DNA from: Mobula hypostoma
Lineage: Eukaryota
DNA length: 64,000 nt
Direction of reading: 5' to 3'
Assembly: GCF_963921235.1 (NCBI RefSeq)
Contig: NC_086097.1
Location: forward strand, 27,902,001-27,966,000
Below are positions 25,337 to 38,172 of this stretch, in pieces; the first letter of the stretch is position 1; every line of letters starts with the position of its first letter. Below the pieces are notes generated by a model. It was not told where the DNA came from, searched no databases, and saw only the letters and a program-made list of their open reading frames with translations. The position numbers and the translations under genes are program-made.

Positions 25337-26476
25337 TATAACTACAAACTTGTTGGAAAGTAGAGGTGAAAATGAAGATGACATCAATTAAGTGTACTTT
25401 CTGCAAGTTTATTGATAAGTGACACTGAAGTCTGAGATAGCTCACTGTGCTAAGAAAATAAGGTTACATAGAACTTGGAAAAAGACAACCAAAAGGATCT
25501 AGAAAGAACACAGATCATCAAATGCTGTGCTTCAAATTAAATCCAAAAACAGAGAAAGTAAGCGTAAGATGATGGTCCTCCAGGAAAAGAAATAAGGCAC
25601 GGTACTCGGTCAGAAATGACAGCAAACCCTTCTGATAAACTTCCAATCCACCCATTTTGTTCTCTTTCTCACACTTCCTACTGGCCCCCAACCAACTGAC
25701 CCCTCTAATACCATTTTCATCCTCTTCCTTCTCCAGGTTCCAGCCACCTCTCATCTCCACATTTGACCCACTGAATCTCCTCCCCCATCTAGTTCCATCC
25801 GCCTTTCATCTCTTCCCCTCTAGTTCCTATTACAGTATCACCTTACTTACTCTTTAGATTTCAGTACTAGCAGCTTTTCTTGCTCTCGCTTAACATCCTT
25901 CACTGGCTGTCTCCATTTTTACTTCCTCACCCGGCGTCATCTGCCCTTCTTTTTCCTTATCCATTTCCACCTATCACACAGTTATGTACCTGACTTCCAA
26001 TTCCACCCCTCCCGTATTTCTGCTTTGCACACCAAAATGGAAGGCTTCACATTTCTTCAAATGAGCTATTTTTGTTCCACTCACTCAGCTCTTCTTCAGG
26101 AGGTTCACAGTACTGGCAAACGATATGAAGAAGTGAGTTTTAGAAGGTCAAAAATTTTGAAACTTATTGCGTTGTTTCATTAGGACCCAACATAGTTCAA
26201 AAAGTTCAGGGCAATGGTTGATCAGGAACTTATGTCATTTAGCAATTAGGTCACAACAAAACTAAATCTGTTACATTTCAAATGCAGGACTTGCTTTTTT
26301 TTAAAAAAACGTGAGCCAGACAATCTTTTTAAACTAGTTACCACACAGTTGGAAGCAGTTAGATAGGTTATACATACATAATATCTATATTATTTGGACC
26401 ATCTGTAGTTTTCAGCTATGTAAACATGTACAGCTATTGATAAGCTATTGCTGACAACAGAAAATTCCCAGAAGCA

Positions 26477-26640
26477 GATCACTGTTGATAAATAAATATG
26501 TATAATTTTTTGAGTTATTTATTTAATTGGGTTCTCTCTCTAGTTTTAGGACTGGCGTGAAGATCTGATCATATTTTAGGTCATATTTATGCAGAAGTAG
26601 AGAAAATTCTACAGGGTTCACAAACTGCCCAGCACCACTG
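26477..26640 (+). mobile_element. Tc1 right-TIR fragment
   Basis: Ends agcaccactg|TA; homologous to 53700-53859. Confidence 0.75.
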
Positions 26641-27096
26641 TAGCTGCTTAGCCTCTGGCGACCACATGCTGGGTCAACAATGCCAATTTTATTTTCTGTC
26701 TCCTTCTCATACTGTTATAGCAAACTATTCATCCACTTCCCTTTAAGTCAATGCAGATCAAAGCATCTATATAGCCCCTGCCATCTTTTGTAAATAATCA
26801 TGAAGAGAGAGCTTCTGCTTGTGTTCTCTTATCAATGGCTGTACATGTTTACATAGCTGCAAACTACAGATGGTCCAAATAATATAGATGTAGTGTCTAT
26901 CTAACTGCTCCCAACCACGTGGTAACCAGATTAAAGAGATTGTCTAGGTTACTTTAAAAAAGTCCTCCATTTGAAATGTAACAGATTTACAGTTTTGTTG
27001 TGACCCAATTGCTAAATGACATAAGTTCCTGATCAACCATTGCCCTCAGCTTTTTGAACTATGTTGGCTCCTAATGAAACAACACAATAAGTTTCA

Positions 27097-27199
27097 GGCA
27101 ACACATACAAAATGCTGGTGGAATGCAGCAGGCCAGGCAGCATCTATAGGAAGAAGTACAGTCGACATTTCGGGTCGAGACCCTTCGTCAGGACTAACG
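27097..27199 (-). mobile_element. 103-bp Penelope-terminus insertion carrying a hammerhead motif
   Basis: TSD GTTTCA (27091-27096, 27200-27205); absent from the left arm of the fold-back. Confidence 0.88.
27160..27195 (-). ncRNA. Minimal type-I hammerhead ribozyme motif
   Basis: AGUC-CUGACGA-A-GGGUC uc GACCC-GAAA-UGUC-GACU. Confidence 0.75.
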
Positions 27200-27337
27200 G
27201 TTTCAAAATTTTTGACCTTCTAAAACTCACTTCACTACATCACTTGCCAGTACTGTGAACCTGAGATCTTCAAACTCTTCTAATTCAATTTCTTTTAAAT
27301 CCCCGATTCAAAATATTGTTGATGCCAAGAAAGAAAT

Positions 27338-27622
27338 GGTTGCACGATAGTGTAGAGGTTAGCATAATGCTTTACAGCACCAATGATTGGAGCTCAATTC
27401 CTGTTACTGTCTGTAAGGAGTTTGCATGTATTCCCCATGACCGCATGAGAGTCGGTGGGTGCTCTGGTTTCCTCTCACATTTCAAAGACTTGCAGGTTAG
27501 TGTCGGTGAGTTGTGGACATGCAAAATTAGCACTGGACGCGTGGTGACATTTGTAGGCGATCTCCAGCAGATTTCACTGTACGTTTTGATGTTTCAACGT
27601 ATAGGTAATAAATCTAATCTTT
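27338..27622 (+). mobile_element. tRNA-derived SINE (V-SINE/HE1-like)
   Basis: A/B-box-like head followed by ctgtctgtaaggagtttg; related copies at about 43230-43452 and 61590-61900. Confidence 0.65.
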
Positions 27623-28119
27623 AAAGTTTAAATTTTCGTCCAGTGGTGCCTTGCCTTCATCTTCCTTGGCTCTACGCTATAGACTTCACCTCTCTACCTC
27701 TTTCTCTTAAGTTGTCCCTTATAACGAGTTGTCCCTTATAACGTATATCTGACTTAGCTTTTGTGTGTGGGTTTCTGCTCATCATAATTTAGATCAAAGA
27801 TTTGTTTACCCAGTCCATCAAAGGTAAAGCCCTCTCCTCCATTGAGCACATCTACACAGAGTGCTATTGCAGGAAATTAGCATCAACAGGGACCCCTGCA
27901 CCACCCACTGCTGCCATCAGGAAGAAATTACAGGACTGACAGGACTCACACTACCAGGTTCAGGAACAATTATTACCCCCCAACTATCAGGCTCTTAAAA
28001 CAGTGGGGGGGGGGGTAACTTCATTCTATTTCACTCACCCCATCACTAAACTGTTCCCACAACCTATGAACTCACTATAGACACACACATACTTTGATAA
28101 TACATTTACAAGAAGTTCA

Positions 28120-28430
28120 AAGTAAGTATGTGCCCTCATAAAAGCCATTTCCACACTGGGGAAAAAAGACTCTGGCTGTCCACTCAATCTATGCTTCTTA
28201 TCATTTCGTAAGATCTCTATCAAGACACCTTTCATCCTGCTTTGCTCCAAAGAGAAAAGCCCTAGCTTGCTCAATTTATCCTCGTAAGTCTTGCTCTCTA
28301 ATTCAGGCAACATTCTGATAAATCTCCTCTGCATTCCCTCTAAAGCTTCCACAGCCTTCCAATAATGAGGTGACCAGAGCTGAACACAATACTCCAACGA
28401 TAGTCTAACTTGAGTTTTACAGAGCTGTAA
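28120..28430 (-). mobile_element. CR1 3' ORF2 fragment
   Basis: LEYCVQLWSPHYWKAVEALEGMQRRF. Confidence 0.8.
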
Positions 28431-30017
28431 ATGGAGACCAAATTTGTGCACAATCACCACCACCCTATAAAGCCACATAAAAACCACTATACTTTTCTTG
28501 CTGTACTCCATTCCTAGGCCATCTTAATTACTTGCTCATTATATGGTCATATGGCATGCACACCTGAGAAAACAGGAAGCTGAGATTGAATAGAGCATAA
28601 GGTACCTGATTTGAATCAACAATAACACAGCACTCATTTTTAAGGGATCACGAACAAATTCAGACACAGTATACTATGGAGTATAGTAATATTGAACAGG
28701 CCATGTCTTGCACTGTGAGAGTCAGGAGTTGCAGTGCTGGATGCCTAGACTAGCATGTCAGTTGATGGTACTGATAGCATGATCCTGGTTCTTTAATGAA
28801 GAAATAAATGTACTAGCTTTTCCCAAGTTAACACATTTCCTACCTATTGTACAACTATATATTCTGAAAAAGCAGATATTGTCATTACAATATTGATTCT
28901 AAAAAATTCTCATTTCAAGAACTTCTAAGATCCAGAAGAAAGGCCCAACAGGCTGCAGCCAACTTCAGCATCTGCTATGGTTCAAACACATCTCCTAGCC
29001 TTATTTAGTGGAACTGCTTTTCAATAATGGTGAAATACAACCCTCTGTCGACTAGAAAGTTAAATGTCCCAACACCCATCAGCATACCGGGGGGGGGGCA
29101 TAATTTTAAGGTGATTGAAGGAAAGAATTGGCGGGGGGGGTGGGTCTCAGAAGTAAGTTCTTTACACAGGGTGATAGGTACATGGACCACTCTGCCTGGG
29201 GTGGTAGTAGAGGCAAATACACAACAGGAATTTAAGAAACTCTTAAGTAGACACATGCACTCAGTGGCCACTTTATTAGGTACACCTGCTCATTAATGCA
29301 AACATCTAATCAGCCAGTCACGTGGCAGCAAATCAATGCAGACACAGACAAGAGGCTTAATAACTGCCATTGACCTTGAAATGATTGTTGGTGCCAGACA
29401 GCATGGTTTGATTATTTCAGGAATTGCTGATCTTCTGGGATTTTCTACAATTTACAGAGAATGGAGCAAAAAAACGCATTGTTAATAGGAGTGGTCAGAG
29501 GAGATTGGCCAGACTGGTCCAAGCTGACAAGGCACCAGTAACTCAAATAACCACCCATTACAAAATTCAAACTAGTTATTATAATACGTCAAACCTTGAA
29601 GTGGATGGGCTATAGCAATAGAAGACCATGAACATACAGTCAGTGGCTACTTTATTAGGTACAGGGAGTATCAATGATATTTAAAAATGGAAAGCTATAT
29701 AGGAAGGAAGGCTGATCTTATTGTAGGTTAAAAGGTCGGCAAAACACTGGGCCAAAGGACCTGTACCGTAAAAACATTTTATCTTATTTGTTAGGATAAG
29801 ATTTGAACTCATAATTTAAAAGCCATTGAGGAACAACCTTACTGGGACCATTTAATTAACTAATTTACTTATTGAGATACAGAATAGGTCCTTGCAGCTC
29901 TTTGAGCCATGTCATCCAAAAATCCCCTGATTTAATCTGAGCCAAATCACAGGACAATTTATAATGACCAACTAACCTACCAACTAGTAGGTATTTGGAC
30001 TGTTGGAGGAAAGCGAA

Positions 30018-32520
30018 GACCATAAGACAGAGGAGCAGAATTAGGCCATTCAGCCTATCGAGTCTGCTTCCATCATGGCTGATCCCGGATCCCACTCAAC
30101 TCCATACACCCGCCTTCTAGCCATAACATTTGATGTCCTGACTGATCAGGAAACTATCAACTTCCACCTTAAATATACCCATGGAAGTGGCTTCCACTAC
30201 AGTCCGTTGCAGAGCATTCCACAGATTCACTACTCTCTGGCTTAAAAAAAATCCTCCTTAACTTTGTTCTGAAAGGTTGCCCTCGATTTTGAGGCTGTGC
30301 CCTCTGGTTCTGCATACCTCCACCACAGGAAACATCCTCTCCACGTCCACACTATCCAGTCCTTTCAACATTCGGTAGGTTTCAATAAGGTCCCCCCGCA
30401 TTCTTTTAAATTCCAGTGAGTACATGCCTAAAGCTGCCAAATACTCTTCGCATGTTAACCCCTTCATTCTTAGAATCATCCTCGTGAACATCTTCTAGAC
30501 TCTGTCCAATGACAATACATTCTTTCTGAGATAAGGGGCCCAAAACTGTTGGCAATACTCCAACTGTGGCTTGATTGATGACTTATAAAGACTCAACATT
30601 ATCTCCTTGCTTTTATATTCTATTCCCCTTGAAATAAATGCCAACATTGCATTTGCCTTCTTTACCACAGCCTCAACACATAAATTATCTGTAACATGAT
30701 TCTTCAAAAGTCGATAGATTCTGGCATGGTTCCGGAGGACTGGAAGATTGCAAATGTCACTTCACTATTTAAGAAGGGGGCAAGGAAGCAAAAAGGAAAC
30801 TATAGTCCTGTTAGCTTGACATCGGTGGTTGGGAAGTTGTTGGAGTCGATTGTCAAGGATGAGGTTACAGGGTACCTGGAGGCATATGACAAGATAGGCA
30901 GAACTCAGCATGGATTCCTTAAAGGAAAATCCTGCCTGACAAACCTATTACAATTTTTTGAGGAAATTACCAGTAGGGTAGACAAGGGAGATGCAGTGGA
31001 TGTTGTATATTTGGATTTTCAGAAGGCCTTTGAGAAGGTGCCACACATGAGGCTACTTAACAAGATAAGAGCCCATGGAATTATGGGAAGTTACATACGT
31101 GGATAGAGTGTTGGCTGATTGGCAAGAAACAGAGAGCGGGAATAAAGGGATCCTATTCTGGTTAGCTGCCAGTTACCAGTGGTGTTCCACAGGGGTCCGT
31201 GTTGGGGCCGCTTCTTTTTACATTGTACATCAACGATTTGAATTATGGAATAGATGGCTTTGTGGCTAAGTTTGCTGACGATACGAAGATAGGTGGAGGG
31301 GCCGGTAGTGCTGAGGAAACAGAGAGTCTGCAGAGAGACTTGGATAGATTGGAAGAATGGGCAGAGAAGTGGCAAATGAAATACAATGTTGGAAAGTGTA
31401 TGGTTATGCACTTTTGGCAGAAAAAATAAACGGGCAGACTATTATTTAAATGGGGAAAGAATTCAAAGTTCAGAGATGCAGCGGGACTTGGATACAGGAT
31501 ACCCCTAAGTTTAACCTCCAGCTTGAGTCGGTAGTGAAGAGGCAAATGCAATGCTGGCATTCATTTCTAGAGGAATAGAGTGTAGGAGCAGGGATGTGAT
31601 GTTGAGGCTCTATAAGGCACTGGTGAGACCTCACTTGGAGTACTGTGGGCAGTTTTGGTCTCCTTATTTAAGAAAGGACGTGCTGACATTGGAGAGGGTA
31701 CAGAGAAGATTCACTAGAATGACTCCGGGAATGAGAGGGTTAACATATGAGGAACGTTTGTCCGCTCTTGGACTGTATTCCTTGGAGGTTAGAAGAATGA
31801 GGGGAGACCTCATAGAAACATTTTGAATGTTGGAAGGCATGGACAGAGTGGATGTGGCAAAGTTATTTCCCATGATGGGGGAGTCTAGTACGAGAGGGCA
31901 TGACTTAAGGATTGAAGGGCGCCCATTCAGAACAGAAACGTGAAGCAATTTTTTTAGTCAGAGGGTGGTGAATCTATGGAATTCATTGCCATGGGCGGCA
32001 GTGGAGGCCAAGTCATTGGGTGTATTTAAGGCAGAGATTGATAGGTATCTGTGTAGCCAGGGCATCAAAGGTTATGGTGAGAAGGCGGGGGAGTGGGACT
32101 AAATGGGAGAATGGATCAGCTCACGATAAAATGGCGGAGCAGACTCGATGGACTGAATGGCCGACTTCTGCTCCTTTGTCTTATGGTCTTATTAACCTTC
32201 TGGGAGTCTTGCACGAGGACTCCTAAGTCCCTCTGCACCTCTGATGGTTGAACCTTCTCCCCATTTAGATGATAGTCCGCACTATTGTTCCTTTTACCAA
32301 AACGCATTATCATACATTTCCCAACACTGTATTCCATCTTTTCAACACTTTTTCGCCCATGCTTCCGATTTGCCTAAGTCCCACTGTAATCTCATTGCTT
32401 CCTCAGCACTACTACCCCTCCACCTATCTCCGTATCATCTGCAAACTTTGCCACAAAGCCATCAATTCCATTATCCAAATCATTGGCAAACAATGTGAAA
32501 AGTAGCGGTTCCAATACTGA
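30018..32520 (-). mobile_element. Minus-strand CR1 split by a plus-strand CR1
   Basis: Minus pieces 30018-30688 and 32191-32520 are consecutive parts of ORF2 (...DSQKVN | then VEAVVKKANAMLAF). Confidence 0.8.
30695..32191 (+). mobile_element. 5'-truncated CR1 (RT plus 3' tail)
   Basis: PEDWKIANV, QHGFLKGKSCLTNL, KFADDTK; ttatggtctt tail. Confidence 0.92.
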
Positions 32521-34362
32521 GCACCCAGAGGAAACCCACATGGTCACAGGCAAGTGGCGGGAATCCCCAAAACAATTTCTTGAAAACAGGAACTGATTTC
32601 AAGAAAGCTCTTTGTTCTATTTAACCTTCGCTTTCCACCATTGTGATTCAAAGTTTATAACATGTAACTACCCAGTTGGTTCTCCAGTAATTGTTTCCAG
32701 TGAGTAGGGGCCACAAGCAGGTCTTAAGGCCTTACAAGGTTCAACACTGAGACCTACAAATCCAAACTTCCAGTAGTTTTAGTGGGAAATGATGCTCAAC
32801 ACATTTCTGAGAAATTGCCTGTTCTCTTCACAGTGAAATATTAGAGAAGGAGGAAATTAATCTGGTTTCTCTTCACAACTGCTGCCCACTTCCTTCAAGC
32901 AATGAAACTACTGGTTCTCCATATCACTTCAATCTTTCTAACAAGCACCCCAGGGCTCACTAAATCCAGCATTGGTCTCCTTTTGATAGAACTCCTCTGC
33001 AGTAATTTCAGCTGTAATTTAATTGACAATGGCTACATTCAGCTAATAAAGTGTAAGATTAATTTTGCCTTCGCAGTGCATGTTCAAAGGATAAAACCGG
33101 GCTCACCAGTCTCTGGAAACAGTGCAGGGCCAGTCTACTGACAAAATGGTAATAGTAAATGCCTGCAACTTAACAAACATGGCTCAGAATTGATGAACTG
33201 AAATCCACCATTTGACTATGGCGATGCATTAGAGGAGGAGTTATCTGGACATTTTGTACAAGGCACTCATACCTTAGACTAATTTGTCAGTCAAGAGAGA
33301 CATGAGTAAGGTAGGTATGGGGGTCCAGAAGATAGTATTAGAGGTGTTTCAGTAATGATTAAAGATAAACATTAGCTTTATTTGAAACATATATGAAACA
33401 TACAACAAAATGCATTGTCTGCATCAATAACTCAGGTCCTCAAGACCTTCCAAATCTTCTTTCTACTCTTTCCTGTTTAATGATGTTTTCCTTTTATGGT
33501 GAACTAAATTATACAGAATAATCCCAAGTGTGGTTGCGCCAATGCTTTGTACAACTGCAAGATAACATCCCAACTCCTATACTCAGTGCCCTAACTAAAG
33601 GCTAGTGTGCCAAATGCCTTGTTCACTGCCATATCTCCCTGTGATGCCAGTATCAGTGAAATGCACACTTGTACTCTTGGGTCCCTTTGTTCTACAACCT
33701 CTGCTAGATAGATCATGTTATCCACACACATCGGACATCTCTTAGAGCTTTCTTGAAAGAAAAACAGGAGTCATGGTAATTCTTGGCTTATGATGACTCA
33801 AGATTCCAGCAGCCCAATCAGAGGCGGCAGCAGGCCACAGGGACGATGTTTCTCACAGGATGGCAAATCTTGTTTCAAAGGAGAGCTTCGCAGGAGTTTG
33901 GGCTCATTCCGGTAGCCCAATCAGCAGCAGGAGGCCGCCACAGTGAAGAGATTTCTCACCGGTTGGCATCGCTTGTTTAAAAATACAGAAGGGACATGTG
34001 GGGCGGCCACTGTTGGGAGTAGGCCAGTAGTGAGAATAGAAGTGTCAGGCTTTGGCTCAAAGGAAGCTTCAACTCAAAAGAGACATTGGCTTTGGGCAAG
34101 ATTCTTTTAAAGTTTCCTTTTTCTCCCCCTCTTACTGTACCTAGTGTAGTAAACGGCTGTTGTGTGTTCTTCAAGCCAGATGTTGGAGACCTGGGAGATC
34201 CAGAGTCTCCCAGGGAACTACATCTGCATGAAGAACATCCTGCTGCAGTTTCTTAAAGACCTTGTTAGGGATCTGGAGCAGCAGCTGGATAACCTTCAGC
34301 TTGTACACGAGAGTGAGGCGATAATTGATCAGAGTTACAGGGAAGTAGTCACCCCTAAGTTG

Positions 34363-35460
34363 AGGGAGGAGGGAGGAGGGAGGAGGGAGGAGGGAGGAGG
34401 GAGGAGGGAGGAGGAGGAGAAGATCATCTTTATTGTCATTGTTGTGGAGCAATGAAACACAGTTTAGCAGCTCAACGTTTTGCAGCATGACAAAGAATAT
34501 ATACATAAAATAAACTCTAAAACCTCAAGAGTGCAGTCCAAAATTAATAATATATGGATGGGGGGTAGGACTATTGCACACCTGCCATTCCTGGAAGTGT
34601 GATGCATTTAGCTGCCGCCGTCTTAGGAGGGGGGCAGGAGAAGGGAAGGGGGTGTTATACATTTCACTGCTTGTGGGTAGAAGCTGTTAAGGACTCTCTT
34701 TGTTTTCTACCTTAATGCTCTGTATCTCTTCCCAGAAGGAAGAGGGGAAAACAGGTGATGTCCAGGATGAGTGGGATCCTTTGAAATACAAGTAGCCTTC
34801 TCTTGAAGTCTGCCAGTATAAATGCCTCTGAGGGAGGGTAATGTTGTGCCAATAACCCGCTCTGCTACCCTCACCACCCGCTGCGAGTCCTTCCTGTTCT
34901 GTTCTGTGCAGCTGGCAAACCACACTGCACAGTGATACGTCAGGAGGCTCTCTATAGTTGTCCGATAGAAGTTGATCAGCAGGTGATGAGGGAGGAGAGC
35001 GTGCTTTAGCTTCCTTAGGAAGTAGAGCCTCTGTTGGGCCTTCCCCACCTGATAAGAGATATGGGCAGTCCAGGTGAGGTCAGCCGAGATGTGGACTCCG
35101 AGGAACTTGAAACTCTCTACTCTCTCCACCTCGTTCCCGTATATGTGCAGAGCAGAGTGCTTGACGCGCTTTGATTTCCTGAACTCTACTATCAGCTCCT
35201 TGGTTTTTGTGATGTTCAAGTCCAGGTTATTATGACAACACCATTCTGTCAAATGCTGTACCTCCTCCCTATAGGCTGTCTCATCACAATCTGATATGAT
35301 ACCTATTAGGGTGGTATTGTCAGCAAATTTGACAATGGTGTTGGTGGAGTGAATGGTAGAGCAGTCATAGGTGAAAAGAGAATAGAGGATGGGGCTGAGA
35401 ACACATCCCTGTGGTGTACTGGTGTTCAGGATGAGAGTAGATGATGTGTGTTCTCCCATC
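34363..35460 (-). mobile_element. 5'-truncated Rex1/Babar LINE with about 250 aa of open RT frame and (CCTCCCT)7 tail
   Basis: TPQGCVLSPILYSLFTYDC, KFADNTT, FKFLGVHIS, HPGHHLFSPLPSGKRYR; AATAAA upstream of the tail. Confidence 0.9.
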
Positions 35461-38172
35461 CAGAGAAATGGAAATGTGAATAGGCAGTTAGTGCAGAGCA
35501 CCCCTACGCTCAATAATAAGTATACTGCTTTGGATACAGTTATGGGGGATGACCTCCCAGGGGAACGCCACAGAGACCAGGTTACTGGGACTGAGTATGG
35601 ATCTGTGGTGCAGAAGGGAAAGAGGAAAAAGAGGGGAGTGGCAATAATAGGGGACTCAATAGTCAGAGGAACAGATAGGAGATTCTGTGGACGTGAACTG
35701 GACACCTGAAAGGTACATTGCCTCCCAGGTGCCAGGGTCAGAGACGTCTCCGATCATGTCCACAACATTTTAGAGAGGGAGGGAGAGCAGCCAGATATCT
35801 TGGCACATATTGGTACCAACGCATAGGAAGGAAAAACAAAGAGGTTCTGAAAAGAGAATTTAGAGAGCTAGGTAGAAAGCAGAGAAGCAGGACCTCCAGG
35901 CTACTAATTTCTGGATTGCTGCCTGTGCCACGTGCCAATGACGGCAGAAACTGGATGATTTGGCAGATTAATGTGTGGTTGAGCTGCTGGTGCAGGGGGA
36001 CCAGCTGCAAGTTCATGGATCTCTTTTGGAGGAGGTATGACCTGTTCAAAAGTGACAGGTTGCACCTGAACCTGAGGAGGACGAATATTCTCATGGGCGG
36101 GTTTGTTAGAGCTGTTGGGGAACATTTAAACAAATCTGGCAGGGGGCGGGAACTGGAGAGCATGGACATAGGATAGGATGGATGGTAAAAAAGTAAAGAT
36201 AGCATGCAATCAGACTGTCAGGAAGGGCAGGCAGGTGATGGGACTTAGTTGCAGCCAACAGGCGGAGTATCAAAGGATTAGGGATGCAGGATCAGAAAGG
36301 ATAGCAAATACGGTACTCAAGGGGTTGTATCTAAATGCGCATAGTATAAGAAATAAGGTGGATGATCTTGTTGCAATATTACAGATTGCCAGATATGATG
36401 TTGTGGCCATCACTGATACGTGGCTGAAAGATGGTTGTAGTTGGGAGCTGAATGTCCAAGGTTACAAGTTGTATTGGAGGGACAGGAAGGTAGGCAGAAA
36501 GGGTGGCATGGGGCTGCTGGTAAAGAATGGCATCAAATCAGTAGAAAGATGTGACATAGGATCAGAAGTTGTTGAGCCCTTGTGAGTTGAGTTAAGAAAC
36601 TGGAAGGATAAAAAGACCCTGATGGCAATTACATACAGGCCTCCCAACAGCAGCTGGGATGTGGACCACAAATTACAACTGGAAATAGAAAAGGCACGTC
36701 AAAAGTGCAACATTATGATAGTTATGGGATATTTCAACATGCAGGTCAATTGGGAAAAATCAGGTTGGTAATGGATTTCAAGAGAATGAGTTTTTCAAAT
36801 GCCTACAAGATTACTTTTTAGAGCAGCTTGTCATGGAGCCTGCTTGAGGATCAGCTATACTGGATTGGGTGTAATGCAATAAACCAGAGGTGATTAAGCA
36901 GCTTAAGGTAAAAGAACCCTTGGGAGGTAATGATCACGATATGATTGAGTTCAACTTGAAGTGTAGATAAAGTGAAGTCTGATGTAGCAGTACTTCAGTG
37001 GAGTAAAGGAAATTACAATGGTATGAGAGAGGAGTTGGCCAAAGTAAGTTGGAGGGAGATGCTGGCAGGAATGAAAGCAAAGTAGAAATGGTGAGAGTTT
37101 CTGGGAAAAATGAGGAGGGTGCAGGATGGATATATTCCAAAAAACAAAGAAATACTCAAATGGCAAAATACTACAACCATAGCTGACAAGTAAGCTAATT
37201 TAAAAGCACAAGAGAGGGCATACAACAGAAAATTAGTGGGAGGCAGAGGATTAGGAAGCTTTTAAAAACCTACAGAGGGCAAGTAAAAGAATCATTGGAA
37301 GGGAAAAAGATGAAATATGAAAGCAAGCAAGCTAGCAAACAACATCAAAGTGGATAGTAAAAGCTTTTGCAGTATGTAAAAGAGATGAGTGGATATAGGA
37401 TCGCTAGAAACTGAGGCCAGAGAAACAATACAGGAGAGAAGGAGATGGCAGGTGAACTAAATGAGTACCAGAGGACTGGAAAATTGCAAATGTCACTCCA
37501 ATCTTTAAGAAAGAAAGAAAGAAAACAGCAGAAAGGAAATTATAAACCAGTTAGCTTGACCTCGGTGGTTGGGAAGATGTTGAAGTCAATTGTTAAGGAG
37601 GAGGTTATTAAATACTTGGTGACACAGGACAAGATAGGACAAAGTCAGCATAGTTTCCTCAAGGAAAAATCTTACCTGATGATTGTTGGAATTCTTTGAG
37701 AAGATTACACACAGGATAGATAAAAGAGTGTAGTGGATGTTGTATATTTGGACCTTCAAAGGCTTTTGACAAGGTGCCACACATGAGGCTGCTTACCAAG
37801 TTAAGAGCACATGGTATTACAGGAAATTTATGGCATGGTTACAGTATTGCTGATTGGTAGCAGGCAGTGAATGGGAATAAAAGGATCCTTTTCTGGTTGG
37901 CTGTCAGTGACTAGTGGTGTTCCACAGGGGTCGGTGTTGGGACCACTTTTTTTATGCTATATATCAATGATTTAGATGAAGGAACAGATGGCTTTGCTGC
38001 CAAGTTTGGAGAGGATACAAAGGCGGGTGGAGGGCAGGTAGCGTTGAGGAAATAGGTAGGTTGCAGAACAACTTAAACAGATTAGTGGAATGAGAAAGAA
38101 AGTGGCAAATGAAATACAATGTTGGAAAATGCATGGTATGCACTTTGGAAGAAGAAATAAATGTGCAGACTA

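Larger units (their letters stand above)
26101..27262. mobile_element. Fold-back element with about 340-bp inverted arms
   Basis: 26101-26444 is reverse-complementary to 26828-27262 once the insertion at 27097-27199 is removed. Confidence 0.85.

Noticed and set aside
27710..27743. 17-bp tandem duplication (similar 18-bp case at 23831-23866 and a short duplication near 56113-56168)
   Set aside because: Two-unit local duplications with no spacers; not CRISPR-like
34707..35705. 332-aa ORF as a novel fusion gene
   Set aside because: Chance read-through from antisense CR1 ORF1 into the truncated Rex1 RT
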